From NCBI GenBank assembly GCA_003569185.1, contig BGOJ01000001.1:64557-128556 (forward strand): a DNA stretch of 64,000 bases. The letters run 5' to 3'. The translations under genes and the position numbers were made by a program. The stretch is from Candidatus Planktophila sp. (GTDB taxonomy: Bacteria; Actinomycetota; Actinomycetes; Nanopelagicales; Nanopelagicaceae). Positions 11,933 to 22,439 of the stretch are shown here, one piece after another; within the stretch, counting starts at the first letter, position 1; the number at the start of each line of letters is the position of its first letter. Below the pieces are notes generated by a model. That model was not told where the DNA came from. It searched no databases and saw only the letters and a program-made list of their open reading frames with translations.

Positions 11933-12928
11933 ATGAAAGCAGTTATTGCAGAAGATCTCGTTAAGACCTACAACAAGGGCTCAGTTCGAGCATTAGATGG
12001 TTTAAATCTTGATGTTGAAGAAGGAACTGTTCTTGGCGTGCTTGGACCAAATGGAGCTGGTAAAACAACTACTGTAAGAATTTTAGCTACCTTACTTGCA
12101 CCAGATTCTGGTCGGGCAACTGTAGGTGGAATTGATGTTTTAAAACATCCAGATGAGGTTCGAAAAATAATTGGTTTATCTGGTCAATACGCAGCAGTTG
12201 ATGAGACTTTAACTGGCTGGGATAACTTAATTATGTTTGGCCGGCTTTATCATTTATCGGCAAAGGAAGCCAAAGTTCGCGCGATTGAATTATTAGAACA
12301 GTTCTCACTCTCTGAGGCAGCAAAGAGACCAATTAGAACTTACTCTGGCGGTATGCGCCGCAGATTAGATTTAGCTGCCTCATTAATTATTCGGCCAAAG
12401 GTTTTATTCCTAGATGAGCCAACTACTGGATTAGACCCAAGAGGACGTCAGGATATGTGGGGAGTAATTGATGAATTGGTTAAGGGTGGAGTCACACTGC
12501 TTTTAACTACCCAGTACTTAGAAGAGGCTGATCATTTAGCAGATGAAATTGCAGTAATTGATCATGGAAAAGTTATTGCCCGCGGCACCTCTGATTCACT
12601 TAAGAAGCAGGTAGGTGGTGAGCGGCTTGAGATTGTGGTTGAGAATGAAAATTTGCAAGCAACCAAAGAGATTGTGGCGAAGGTAAGTGGTAGCGCAGTA
12701 AATGTTGATGAGGGCTTACGCCAAATTTCAGCACCAGTCACAACCGGCAGCAAAGCTTTAATTGAAGCCGCTAAGTTATTGGATGAAAAAGGTATTCACC
12801 CATTAGATATCGGCCTAAAGCGCCCGTCCCTAGATGATGTATTCCTATCTTTAACTGGCCATGTGGCTGAGGAAAAAACCGATGAAAATTTAGAAACTGC
12901 AACCGGACGTAAGAAGGGCAAGAAATGA
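11933..12928 (+). CDS. DrrA-type ABC exporter ATP-binding subunit
   Basis: GPNGAGKT, YSGGMRRRLD, DEPTTGLDP, LDDVFLSLTG. Confidence 0.93.
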   Translation: MKAVIAEDLVKTYNKGSVRALDGLNLDVEEGTVLGVLGPNGAGKTTTVRILATLLAPDSGRATVGGIDVLKHPDEVRKIIGLSGQYAAVDETLTGWDNLIMFGRLYHLSAKEAKVRAIELLEQFSLSEAAKRPIRTYSGGMRRRLDLAASLIIRPKVLFLDEPTTGLDPRGRQDMWGVIDELVKGGVTLLLTTQYLEEADHLADEIAVIDHGKVIARGTSDSLKKQVGGERLEIVVENENLQATKEIVAKVSGSAVNVDEGLRQISAPVTTGSKALIEAAKLLDEKGIHPLDIGLKRPSLDDVFLSLTGHVAEEKTDENLETATGRKKGKK

Positions 12929-13722
12929 TGAATGCAATCTCGGATGCTTTAATCATTACTAAGCGACAGCTACTGCAGTTAGCTCGAGTTCCTGAGGTTT
13001 TAATCTTTTCAACAATTCAGCCCGTAATGTTTGTGCTCTTATTTAGATATGTATTTGGTGGATCAATTGATACCGGCCAACCTGGCGGGTATGTGCAACT
13101 TTTAATGCCTGGAATATTTGTGCAAACTGTTGCTTTCACCTTAGCTGCCACTGCAGTTGGTTTATCAGCTGATATGCAAAAAGGTTTAATTGATCGATTT
13201 AGATCCTTGCCAATTTCAAGATCTGCGGTGGTCTTTGGCAGAACTTTAGGAGATGGTGTTCTAAATATTGTTGTCCTTGCAGTTATGGGTTTGACCGGCT
13301 TTTTAGTGGGCTGGCGACCAACCTCTGGCGCTTTGAATGTATTTTTAGGATTTGTATTTCTCTTTGTTTTTGGCTTTGCGATGTCATGGGTTGGTGTCTT
13401 AATTGGATTATCAGTTCGGGAGGAGCGTGTGGCTCAAAACGTCACCTTTATTGCCGTATTTCCGCTGACATTTTTATCAAATGCCTTTGCGCCAACAACC
13501 GGCATGCCAAAAGCTTTGCAGTACTTTGCTGAGTGGAATCCAGTTTCAACAATGGTGGCTGGCTGCCGAGAATTATTTGGACTTAAAAATGAGTTTGGTG
13601 CCACCGCTGGATCATTTCCAAGTGAGAACCCATTGTTAATGTCAATTATTTATATGATTTTAATTATGGCAATCTTTGTGCCGCTAAGCGTTCGCAAATA
13701 CAACAACGCCGCTAAAAAGTAA
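12925..13722 (+). CDS. ABC-2 (DrrB-type) permease
   Basis: ~6 TM, GLIDRFRSLP, WNPVS; ATGA overlap with the ATPase. Confidence 0.9.
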   Translation: MMNAISDALIITKRQLLQLARVPEVLIFSTIQPVMFVLLFRYVFGGSIDTGQPGGYVQLLMPGIFVQTVAFTLAATAVGLSADMQKGLIDRFRSLPISRSAVVFGRTLGDGVLNIVVLAVMGLTGFLVGWRPTSGALNVFLGFVFLFVFGFAMSWVGVLIGLSVREERVAQNVTFIAVFPLTFLSNAFAPTTGMPKALQYFAEWNPVSTMVAGCRELFGLKNEFGATAGSFPSENPLLMSIIYMILIMAIFVPLSVRKYNNAAKK

Positions 13723-13723
13723 T

Positions 13724-14206
13724 TTAGTTAAAAGGTTGCGCCTCAAGCACTGCAACTTTAATTAACTTGCCATTAGGTGCTGTGTAATTAACAGTTTCAC
13801 CAACTTTGGCGCCAAGGACTGCCCCACCAAGTGGAGATTTTTCAGAGTAAACATCAACATCACCGGAGGAAATCTCTCGGGAGCCAAGTAAGAATTTAAG
13901 TTCATCTCCGCCAATATCAACAGTTACTAACATGCCAAGGCCAACCACACCTGATTCACTTGCAGGAGGTGTCCCGATATGTGCATGCTCGAGCATATGT
14001 TTTAGTTGGCGAATTCTGCCCTCTATTTTTCCTTGCTCCTCCCGTGCTGCGTGGTAGCCACCATTCTCTTTTAAATCACCTTCAGCTCTAGCAGTTTCAA
14101 TTTTTTTAATAATCTCAGCACGAAGTGGACCCTCTAATGACGCCAGCTCAGCCTTAAGCCGATCTGCTGCCTCTTGGGTAAGCCAGGTTTGAGTTGGTTG
14201 GTTCAT
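13724..14206 (-). CDS. greA: Transcription elongation factor GreA
   Basis: GDLKENGGYHAA, SPLGGA; start taken at MNQPTQTWLT. Confidence 0.96.
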   Translation of the reverse strand: MNQPTQTWLTQEAADRLKAELASLEGPLRAEIIKKIETARAEGDLKENGGYHAAREEQGKIEGRIRQLKHMLEHAHIGTPPASESGVVGLGMLVTVDIGGDELKFLLGSREISSGDVDVYSEKSPLGGAVLGAKVGETVNYTAPNGKLIKVAVLEAQPFN

Positions 14207-14219
14207 AAGAGAGTAAAGG

Positions 14220-14630
14220 TTACTGGCAACTGGAGATTCCCGCATTTACCGCAGGCAAACGGGTAGTTATCTCAACGGTGCGCAGGTTGCTGCCAGCAAG
14301 CAATGTGCCAGCTGGCATTAGATCAGATACTTGTCCAATAGTGTTCTTATCAATATCCCGCGCAACAACTGAGCAGCTGTGATCCTTACTTAAATCTCTC
14401 ACCGTTATTTTATAAGTAATAGAGATGCTTTGTTCATCAACGACCTTAAATGAAATTAATTCCGATCTAACATCTGGATTTGCAGCATTAAAACCACTCC
14501 AAATAAACCAAGCTGCAACAATGGTAAGTAAAATCCCAGCAAGAAAATAACGTGGATTTTTGGCAGCTTTAATGCCATACCGTTCGCGCAAGGCGGGATC
14601 AGATAGAACTTTGGGATGCATCACACTCAT
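14220..14630 (-). CDS. DUF4307 family membrane protein (exact start uncertain)
   Basis: ERYG, TM helix, CSVVARD, C-terminal Cys; upstream of greA. Confidence 0.75.
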   Translation of the reverse strand: MSVMHPKVLSDPALRERYGIKAAKNPRYFLAGILLTIVAAWFIWSGFNAANPDVRSELISFKVVDEQSISITYKITVRDLSKDHSCSVVARDIDKNTIGQVSDLMPAGTLLAGSNLRTVEITTRLPAVNAGISSCQ

Positions 14631-14693
14631 ATTGTAGAACCAATATTGCAATCAGAAAGTAGGCTTATCTCACCTAGCGTGAGGGAGAGATAA

Positions 14694-14831
14694 ATGGATG
14701 AGGTCAAAAGTTTTGATATGGGTGTTGCTGGCTCATTAACCATGATCTTTTTAACCTTAGCTATGGTGGTGTTGTTAACTAGTTTTTACCGAAGATATAA
14801 GAGATTAGTCGATCGCAAAGACCAAGAGTAA
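14694..14831 (+). CDS. Small single-TM protein (45 aa), absent from ORF track
   Basis: SD GAGGGAG; MDEVKSFDMGVAGSLTMIFLTLAMVVLLTSFYRRYKRLVDRKDQE*; ends 10 nt before the SURF1 gene. Confidence 0.7.
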   Translation: MDEVKSFDMGVAGSLTMIFLTLAMVVLLTSFYRRYKRLVDRKDQE

Positions 14832-14841
14832 GTTTTTTCCT

Positions 14842-15582
14842 ATGAAGCAGGTGTTCAAAAAGGCTGCAACAGTTTTAATCTGGCTAAGTCTTATCTATGC
14901 CTGTTATGAGTTAGGTATCTGGCAATTACATAGAGCCCAAGAATTAAACAAAGTAACCGCGCCAAAACCAGATCAACCTTTAATAGCACTTGAAAAGGTT
15001 TCATCTGCTGGCATGAATATGCCGATCAAGGCGATTAATCGAATTGTTTCAGCATCTGGAAATTACACCACATCTTTTATTGCTCGCGATCAAAAGATCT
15101 CTGAAGATGAGTTAGCAAATCTAGATGTTAGATTGTTAAAACTAAGTACCGGCCATGCTGTTTTGGTGGTTAGAGAGGTGCTTGGGCAAGAGAAAGATCA
15201 AATCAACTCTGAGGTTTCTATTACCGGCCGGCTTTACCCAAGGCAAAATGTTGATCGAGCCTTTGCAAAACCAGGTGAGCTTTCCAGAATCGATCCAGCA
15301 TTGGTTGTAAGTAAGGAAAATCCATTTTTATATGATGGTTACATAATTTTAAAGTCAGAAGAAACTGGTGGTAATCAAAGTAGTGATTTAGCCTTGGTGG
15401 CTTCAGAACAAATCTCCAATCGCCTACCTGGCTTTTATTGGCAACATATCTCCTATGTTGTGGTCTGGTGGTTTATGGGATTACTGCTATTAATCGCACC
15501 AGCCTTTCCACAATTTAGAGCCAAGGGCGATAAGGTAAATAACAAGGTGGGCAAGGCTAAGAAAGTAGGTTTAAAAAAATGA
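14842..15582 (+). CDS. SURF1 family protein
   Basis: LGIWQLHRA near the N-terminus and HISYVVVWWF near the C-terminus. Confidence 0.8.
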   Translation: MKQVFKKAATVLIWLSLIYACYELGIWQLHRAQELNKVTAPKPDQPLIALEKVSSAGMNMPIKAINRIVSASGNYTTSFIARDQKISEDELANLDVRLLKLSTGHAVLVVREVLGQEKDQINSEVSITGRLYPRQNVDRAFAKPGELSRIDPALVVSKENPFLYDGYIILKSEETGGNQSSDLALVASEQISNRLPGFYWQHISYVVVWWFMGLLLLIAPAFPQFRAKGDKVNNKVGKAKKVGLKK

Positions 15583-15878
15583 GGCGCATTACTCTTTTTT
15601 TCCGTTTTTGGGCGCTTTGGGCCGGGGTTATGTCACTGCTGCTTTGGTTTGTTTATATGCCAGCTAAGTACTTAGTTAGTGACAAGAGTTTTTATGAGCA
15701 ATTTATCTGGATACCAATTGTGCATGGCTTTACCTATCCAGTTTATTTAGTTGCAGCCTTAATCCTTTGTATGGTCAAGCGAAAATCCCTGCTTAGTACC
15801 GCCCTCTTTCTCCTAGCTGGCACCTTGCCAGTGGCATCGATTTGGATTGAACGGCGGGTAAAAAGCGGCCGGTGGTAG
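15579..15878 (+). CDS. DUF3817 family membrane protein
   Basis: HGFTYPVYL and AGTLPVASIWIERR; coupled to SURF1. Confidence 0.75.
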   Translation: MRRITLFFRFWALWAGVMSLLLWFVYMPAKYLVSDKSFYEQFIWIPIVHGFTYPVYLVAALILCMVKRKSLLSTALFLLAGTLPVASIWIERRVKSGRW

Positions 15879-16008
15879 GTAAAGCCTTTATCTAAACTTA
15901 ATCTTTAACTCTTGCGTGTTGCCACAGATTTTTCAGATTGATTATTTACCCTTTACCTATTCTTCCAAAACCAATTGAGCACAATTAAAGAGATTGCGAA
16001 GAGACTAA

Positions 16009-17361
16009 TTGGCTAGTGAATCTATTGTCTTAAAGTCAGTATCTCCGCAAGCCCAACCTGCTCGCATTACCTATGTGCTAGATACCAGCGTCTTACTTGC
16101 AGATCCAATTGCTCTAAGCCGATTTGCCGAGCATGAAGTAATCATTCCAATCACAGTAATTGGTGAGTTAGAGACCAAACGAGATCACCCAGAGCTTGGC
16201 TACTTTGCTCGGGCAGCCCTTCGCACCTTGGATGATTTACGGGTAAAAAGTGGGCGATTAGATAAACCAATTGGAATCAATGAAGAGGGCGGAACATTAT
16301 CAGTTGAGTTAAATCATGCCGATACCTCAAAGTTGCCCGCCGGCTTTTTACGGGATGGCTCAAATGATTCAAGAATTTTAGCTATTGCAAAAAATCTAAT
16401 GTCAGATGGCCGCCAAGTAGTTTTAGTTACCAAGGATTTACCACTGCGAGTTAAAGCATCCTCAGTTGGGGTGGAGGCGCAGGAGTATCGCGCAGAGCTT
16501 GCCAGCACAAGTGGCTGGAGTGGCATGGTGGAGGAAAGTGTTGGCTCCACTGTTATTGACTCACTTTATGAGAATGAAAAAATCTCACATGAGATTGCAA
16601 AAAAATACCCTTGCCATACCGGTGTGGTGTTGCACTCTGAAAAGGGAAGTGCCCTCGCCCGAGTTACCCCAGATAAACATCTGCATTTAGTAAGAGGAGA
16701 TCGCAGTGCCTTTGGTTTGCATGGAAGAAGTGCTGAACAAAGAGTTGCCTTAGATATTTTGTTAGATCCAGAGGTTGGCATTGTTTCTCTCGGCGGTCGA
16801 GCTGGAACTGGTAAAAGTGCTTTGGCCTTATCTGCTGGTTTAGAGGCGGTCTTAGAGAAGCGATTACATAAAAAGGTGGTGATCTTTCGCCCCCTTTATG
16901 CAGTTGGTGGCCAAGAGCTTGGCTATCTGCCCGGAACTGAAAATGAAAAGATGTCACCTTGGGCCCAAGCAGTCTTTGACACCTTAGGGGCCTTGGTTAG
17001 CCAGCAGGTATTGGACGAGGTGGTGGAGCGGGGATTAATCGAGGTGCTGCCATTGACTCATATCCGAGGCCGCTCTTTGCATGACTCATTTGTAATAGTT
17101 GATGAGGCCCAATCCTTAGAGCGAGGTGTTTTGCTCACGGTGCTCTCTCGAATTGGCCAAGGCTCCCGGGTTGTGCTCACCCATGACATCGCCCAGCGGG
17201 ATAACCTGCGGGTGGGCCGGCATGATGGGGTGGTTGCAGTGGTTGAATCCCTCAAAGGTCATCCGCTCTTTGCCCATATCACCTTGACTAGAAGTGAACG
17301 TAGCCAGATCGCAGCCCTTGTGACTGAGCTATTAGAGGAGCCAATTAACTTCACCAGCTGA
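16009..17361 (+). CDS. PIN-PhoH protein (PhoH2/PhoL-like), TTG start
   Basis: N-terminal [11 protein letters not shown]...NDSRIL...VTKD; [17 protein letters not shown]. Confidence 0.92.
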   Translation: MASESIVLKSVSPQAQPARITYVLDTSVLLADPIALSRFAEHEVIIPITVIGELETKRDHPELGYFARAALRTLDDLRVKSGRLDKPIGINEEGGTLSVELNHADTSKLPAGFLRDGSNDSRILAIAKNLMSDGRQVVLVTKDLPLRVKASSVGVEAQEYRAELASTSGWSGMVEESVGSTVIDSLYENEKISHEIAKKYPCHTGVVLHSEKGSALARVTPDKHLHLVRGDRSAFGLHGRSAEQRVALDILLDPEVGIVSLGGRAGTGKSALALSAGLEAVLEKRLHKKVVIFRPLYAVGGQELGYLPGTENEKMSPWAQAVFDTLGALVSQQVLDEVVERGLIEVLPLTHIRGRSLHDSFVIVDEAQSLERGVLLTVLSRIGQGSRVVLTHDIAQRDNLRVGRHDGVVAVVESLKGHPLFAHITLTRSERSQIAALVTELLEEPINFTS

Positions 17362-17563
17362 TTTAAACCCCTCTTGCGACATATGGGATAAATCGGACTT
17401 CACCCTATCTGACCTGCGGTTTTAATACTGGGAATACCTGTGAATATAAACATAATCGCGCCACGCGCCTATATAAAGTTGCCCCCACCACCCCTGGCTG
17501 ACACCCTAAAGCAGTTCCAGGGGGCCTATCTAGGCAATCTGGCAGGAGGGAAGGGGTGCGAGA

Positions 17564-18166
17564 ATGAAAGCGAAAGCTTTGACTATCACCACACCAAGGG
17601 TTCGGCGCATCTCAATCACCGCTGCCTGCCTGGCCTTCTTCCTATTTATCTCAGAGCCGGCCTACGCCTCTAGCAACCTAACCTTTTCTGTAACCATCCC
17701 ATCAGTTGCCAGCAATCTAGAGAGCACCACCCCACTGCCTGGGCAGGAGGGCTTTGACCCAACCCCATCATTATTAGAGCTCGATGCGGTCAAAACGGTA
17801 GATGCCTCGGCGATGGCGCTGATCTCAGTTGCCTCCCGTCAGGTCGATCTTGCCCGCCAACCAGATGGCGCTCGCGAGATTGCTAAGAGTTTAATTGCAG
17901 TTAATTACACCTGGTCGGAAAAACAGTTCACCTGCCTCGATCAACTTTGGACAAAAGAGAGTCATTGGAATTACAAAGCAAGAAATAAGGTCTCCGGTGC
18001 TCATGGAATTGCCCAAGCATTACCTGCCACCAAGATGGAGATTGTTGGAACTGATTGGCGAACAAATCCAGTAACTCAAATTACCTGGGGACTTAAATAT
18101 ATTAAAGAGCGTTATAACACTCCATGTGCTGCTTGGAGTAAATTCAAGCGATCAAACTGGTACTAG
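17564..18166 (+). CDS. Secreted lytic transglycosylase (SLT-like)
   Basis: Signal peptide ending AYA; KESHWN, GAHGIAQALP, NPVTQITWGLKYIKERY, C-terminal NWY. Confidence 0.88.
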   Translation: MKAKALTITTPRVRRISITAACLAFFLFISEPAYASSNLTFSVTIPSVASNLESTTPLPGQEGFDPTPSLLELDAVKTVDASAMALISVASRQVDLARQPDGAREIAKSLIAVNYTWSEKQFTCLDQLWTKESHWNYKARNKVSGAHGIAQALPATKMEIVGTDWRTNPVTQITWGLKYIKERYNTPCAAWSKFKRSNWY

Positions 18167-18175
18167 TACTTTTTT

Positions 18176-19831
18176 CTAGTTAGGTTTTTTACCAATACTT
18201 AATGGTTTTCTAGTCTGGGCATAAAAATCATTACCCTTATCATCAATAATAATAAAAGCTGGAAAGTTTTCTACCTCAATCTTCCAGACCGCCTCCATAC
18301 CCAGCTCTTCATAATCTAAAACCTCAACCTTTTTTATACAATCCTGGGCAAGTCGGGCTGCCGGTCCGCCAATTGATCCTAAATAAAAGCCGCCATACTT
18401 TTTACAGGCACTGGCCACCGCTTCAGATCTATTTCCCTTAGCCAACATAATTAGTGAACCACCGGCTGCTTGAAATTGTTCAACATATGAATCCATTCTT
18501 CCGGCAGTAGTTGGACCAAATGAGCCGGAGGCATAACCTGCAGGTGTCTTAGCTGGGCCTGCGTAATAAACTGCATGATTTTTTAAGTACTCCGGAAGTG
18601 GTTTACCACTATCTAGTAACTCTTTAATTTTGGCATGGGCTAAATCTCGAGCAACTACTAATGTGCCAGTAAGCAGCACTCTAGTTTTAACTGGATGCTT
18701 TGATAATTGGGCCAAAATATCAGCCATTTTCGCAGTTAAATCAATCTTTATCTCTGGCCCATCTAAATCCTCATTTGTTGCAGCCGGTAAGTAGTGCGCA
18801 GGCTCTGTCTCAAGCTTTTCAATAAAGACACCATCTTTATTGATCTTTGCCTTTACCTGTCGATCTGCTGAGCATGAAACTGCAATTGCAATTGGCAGGG
18901 AGGCACCATGCCGAGGCAATCTAACTACTCGAACATCATGACAAAAATACTTGCCACCAAATTGGGCGCCAATGCCAATATTTTGAGTTAACTTTAAAAT
19001 CTCTTTTTCTAACTCTAAATCTCTAAAGCCATGACCAGTTTTAGCATCCCCTTTAGTGGGCAGTGAATCTAAATATTTAGTGCTGGCAAGTTTGGCAGTC
19101 TTTACTGTGTACTCCGCACTTGTGCCACCAATTACCACCACTAGGTGATATGGCGGACAAGCAGATGTGCCAAGAGAGCGAAGTTTTTCATCCAACCAAT
19201 TCATAAATGAGGTTGGGTTTAAAACCGCTTTAGTCTCTTGGTATAAAAAAGATTTATTAGCACTGCCGCCACCTTTAGCAATAAATAGGAAGTTGTACTC
19301 ATCTGGATGATCGGTATCTGAGTAGATTTCAATTTGGGCAGGCAAATTATTTCCAGTGTTTTTCTCCTCCCAGGTAGTAACTGGTGCTAGTTGGGAGTAG
19401 CGCAGATTTAACTTTGTAAATGCGTCATACACACCTCGAGAAATTGAGATCTCATCTTTTTCTTCTGTTAAAACCTGCTGACCTTTTTTGCCCATCACAA
19501 TTGCAGTGCCAGTGTCTTGGCACATCGGCAATATGCCACCCGCTGAAATATTGGCATTTTTTAATAGATCAGTTGCCACAAATCGATCATTGGGAGAGCT
19601 CTCTGGATCCTTTAAAATATTGGCTAATTGCTCAAGATGCTCACTGCGCAGATAATGCGAAATATCATGTAAGGCCACTTGAGTTAAATTACTTATCGCA
19701 TCCTTTGAGACCTTTAAGAATTGGCGACCTTCTGCGGTGAAGGTGCTTACGCCCTCATTTGAAATTAATCGGTACTCAGTTTTATCTGGCCCAATTGGAA
19801 GTAAATCTTGGTATGAAAACTCAGGTGCCAT
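18176..19831 (-). CDS. Class I (Fe-S) fumarate hydratase
   Basis: [26 protein letters not shown]; start placed at MAPEF with TAGATT -10 7 nt upstream. Confidence 0.95.
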   Translation of the reverse strand: MAPEFSYQDLLPIGPDKTEYRLISNEGVSTFTAEGRQFLKVSKDAISNLTQVALHDISHYLRSEHLEQLANILKDPESSPNDRFVATDLLKNANISAGGILPMCQDTGTAIVMGKKGQQVLTEEKDEISISRGVYDAFTKLNLRYSQLAPVTTWEEKNTGNNLPAQIEIYSDTDHPDEYNFLFIAKGGGSANKSFLYQETKAVLNPTSFMNWLDEKLRSLGTSACPPYHLVVVIGGTSAEYTVKTAKLASTKYLDSLPTKGDAKTGHGFRDLELEKEILKLTQNIGIGAQFGGKYFCHDVRVVRLPRHGASLPIAIAVSCSADRQVKAKINKDGVFIEKLETEPAHYLPAATNEDLDGPEIKIDLTAKMADILAQLSKHPVKTRVLLTGTLVVARDLAHAKIKELLDSGKPLPEYLKNHAVYYAGPAKTPAGYASGSFGPTTAGRMDSYVEQFQAAGGSLIMLAKGNRSEAVASACKKYGGFYLGSIGGPAARLAQDCIKKVEVLDYEELGMEAVWKIEVENFPAFIIIDDKGNDFYAQTRKPLSIGKKPN

Positions 19832-19874
19832 AGGGCTAAATCTACTGTCTTGGATCATCAATTAGGATAAGCAC

Positions 19875-20840
19875 ATGAGCCTAGCCAGTAAAAAGCGAGT
19901 ATTACTTGCAGCACCTCGTGGCTACTGCGCTGGTGTTGATCGCGCAGTTATCACCGTTGAAAAAGCTTTAGATCTCTATGGCGCACCGGTATATGTTCGA
20001 AAACAAATTGTTCACAACAAACATGTGGTCCAAACTTTAGAAGCAAGGGGTGCAATATTTGTTGATGAAACAGATGAGGTGCCAGAGGGAAAGATTGTGG
20101 TCTTCTCCGCCCACGGAGTCTCACCTGCAGTCCACCAGAGCGCAGCAAGTCGAAATCTAAAAACTATTGATGCCACCTGCCCACTGGTAACTAAGGTGCA
20201 CCATGAAGCTAGAAGATTTGCCTCCGATGATTACGATATTTTGTTAATTGGTCATGAAGGCCATGAAGAGGTGGATGGCACAGCCGGGGAAGCACCAGAG
20301 CATGTGCAATTAGTTGATGGCATTGACAGCATTAAAAATATTAAGGTTCGTGATGAAAATAAGGTGGCTTGGTTATCGCAAACAACCTTAAGTGTGGATG
20401 AAACCTTGGCCACTGTGGCAGAGCTGCGAAAGCGATTTCCAAATCTAATTGATCCACCAAGTGATGACATTTGTTATGCCACGCAAAACCGACAGGTGGC
20501 AATTAAAGAGATTGCCCCACAAGCTGATTTAGTTTTAGTTGTTGGCTCAACCAACTCTTCAAACTCAGTTCGGTTAGTTGAGGTCTCACTTGAGTATGGC
20601 GCTAAAGCTGCTTACCTAATTGATTACGCTGCTGAGGCAAAGGATGAGTGGCTAGATGGGGTTACAACTGTTGGAGTTTCAAGTGGTGCATCTGTGCCAG
20701 AGATATTAGTTAAGGATTTACTTATCTGGCTTGCCGATCGGGGATTTGGTGAGGTAGAAACAGTAACTGCAACTGAGGAACATTTGTTATTTGCAATACC
20801 ACCTGAGCTTCGTAAAGATTTAAAAGCTGCTGGCAGGTAA
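19875..20840 (+). CDS. ispH: 4-hydroxy-3-methylbut-2-enyl diphosphate reductase
   Basis: [28 protein letters not shown]. Confidence 0.98.
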   Translation: MSLASKKRVLLAAPRGYCAGVDRAVITVEKALDLYGAPVYVRKQIVHNKHVVQTLEARGAIFVDETDEVPEGKIVVFSAHGVSPAVHQSAASRNLKTIDATCPLVTKVHHEARRFASDDYDILLIGHEGHEEVDGTAGEAPEHVQLVDGIDSIKNIKVRDENKVAWLSQTTLSVDETLATVAELRKRFPNLIDPPSDDICYATQNRQVAIKEIAPQADLVLVVGSTNSSNSVRLVEVSLEYGAKAAYLIDYAAEAKDEWLDGVTTVGVSSGASVPEILVKDLLIWLADRGFGEVETVTATEEHLLFAIPPELRKDLKAAGR

Positions 20841-21242
20841 TTCAGTTTCCTTTTTTCGCTCTTTTTTAAACCAGATATACCAGGCAACAGCCGCTCCAGA
20901 TAATAGATAAAAAGATACTGAGGCTAAACCTGCTACTAAATCAATTAATAACTTAGTTGGCGCAAAGGATGAACTGCCTAATGTTGGCATCAAAATAATG
21001 GAGGCAATTAAAAGCGAAACTGGCGGGGCTACAGCTGTTACATACGCTGTGCCACTTCTTCCTAAGTAAATTGCGCCAAAAAAGGCTATCCAGATAGCTA
21101 AGCAGGTAATGATGCCCAGTGAGTTTCGAAATAATATTTCAATGGCTTCAAATAAAAATATTACTAAAAACTGCAAAATAACAACACCAGGCTTTGTTAA
21201 ACCAGGGCCCTTAATTGGTGAATTAATTGGTAAATTGCTCAT
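20820..21242 (-). CDS. DUF6542-like membrane protein
   Basis: About 4 TM helices, AVAPP; position between ispH and rmuC/ychF. Confidence 0.6.
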   Translation of the reverse strand: MSNLPINSPIKGPGLTKPGVVILQFLVIFLFEAIEILFRNSLGIITCLAIWIAFFGAIYLGRSGTAYVTAVAPPVSLLIASIILMPTLGSSSFAPTKLLIDLVAGLASVSFYLLSGAAVAWYIWFKKERKKETELPASSF

Positions 21243-22388
21243 TTACTTATCCGCCTCAATCTCTTCTACTTCAATAAAATCATCATCTGCTGAGATTGCT
21301 TTTAACTCTCTAACCTCACCAGGAGATTCTGGATACTCAATTGCTAATTTATCTTTATCGCCAGTTACGCCAAGATTATGAATTCTTCTAGCTGGACTTA
21401 AGACTGTTCGCTCAGCGGTTGGTATTAAATCCTCATAAGCTTTAGCAGTTGATGAGATTGCTTTGCCAACCGCCACAATTTTGCCATGCAATAGGGTGAT
21501 GTTTTTTAAGAAGGTATTTGCAACCTTTTGAATCTCATCTGCGTTATCAGCTAATTTATTTCTGGTAAAGATATAACCAATGGTGCGAAGTAAGGCCATC
21601 ATTGAGGTTGGAGTGGCAATTGTGACATTAACCTTAAAAGCTTTTTCTAACAATGCTGGATCAATTCGAAGTGCCTCAGCAAGGAGAGTTTCAAATGGCA
21701 CAAACAAAACTACAAAATCAGGTGAGCCAGCTGACTTGTGGTAACCACGTTTGGCCAGTGCCTCAACATGTTTAAGTAAATCCTTTGTATGTTGGGCAAG
21801 ATAATCATCGCGCTCACTTTGCACCTCGGTGCCAAAGGCATCTAGGAAGCGATCAAAAGGAAACTTAGAATCAACAAATATTGCACTTCCACCAGGCATC
21901 TTCACCGTAATATCTGGAATTCCAGATGAATCTGCATCGGTAGTGGATTTTTGTCTGGTGTATTCATGTCCTTCGCGCAGCCCAGCTGATTGCAGTAGTA
22001 GCTCTAGTTGCGCCTCACCAAATTTTCCACGGGTTTGTGAATTAGATAGGGCGCCAGCAATCTTTTTGGTTTCATCAAAGATTGATTCACTAGCTCTTCG
22101 CATCTCATTAATTGTGGTTTCAAGTTTGGCTTCGGCCTCAGTGCGGATTCGATTAGCCTCATTAGATTGTTGGGATAATTTTTCAACTGTTGATTTCATC
22201 GCATTTAACTCCGCCGTTAATTTGATGGAGTTTTCAGTCTTGCCTCGCTCAGCCTCTAACTGCTTTTTGTAATCATCGAGCAGGGCTGAATCTGCGGAGT
22301 TATTTTTATTGCGCAGGGCAGAGATTAGATAGCCGATCGCAATTCCAGCCAGCAGTCCAATAATTAGGGAGATGATCGAGGCGGGCAT
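21243..22388 (-). CDS. rmuC: DNA recombination protein RmuC
   Basis: N-terminal TM and coiled coil; RGKFGE, PD..V, VDSKFP, FVVLFVP. Confidence 0.92.
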   Translation of the reverse strand: MPASIISLIIGLLAGIAIGYLISALRNKNNSADSALLDDYKKQLEAERGKTENSIKLTAELNAMKSTVEKLSQQSNEANRIRTEAEAKLETTINEMRRASESIFDETKKIAGALSNSQTRGKFGEAQLELLLQSAGLREGHEYTRQKSTTDADSSGIPDITVKMPGGSAIFVDSKFPFDRFLDAFGTEVQSERDDYLAQHTKDLLKHVEALAKRGYHKSAGSPDFVVLFVPFETLLAEALRIDPALLEKAFKVNVTIATPTSMMALLRTIGYIFTRNKLADNADEIQKVANTFLKNITLLHGKIVAVGKAISSTAKAYEDLIPTAERTVLSPARRIHNLGVTGDKDKLAIEYPESPGEVRELKAISADDDFIEVEEIEADK

Positions 22389-22439
22389 GGGGTTATAGTG
22401 GCATTAACTGCTGACAATCTTGCGTAGGCTTAACCCCTT

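Noticed and set aside
17431-17456. Fifth SigR-type promoter upstream of the transglycosylase
   Set aside because: GGAAT is present but there is no GTT at the 18-19 nt spacing
16900-17900. Locally GC-richer stretch as a horizontally acquired island
   Set aside because: It spans conserved syntenic genes, has no mobility signatures, and was judged by eye only
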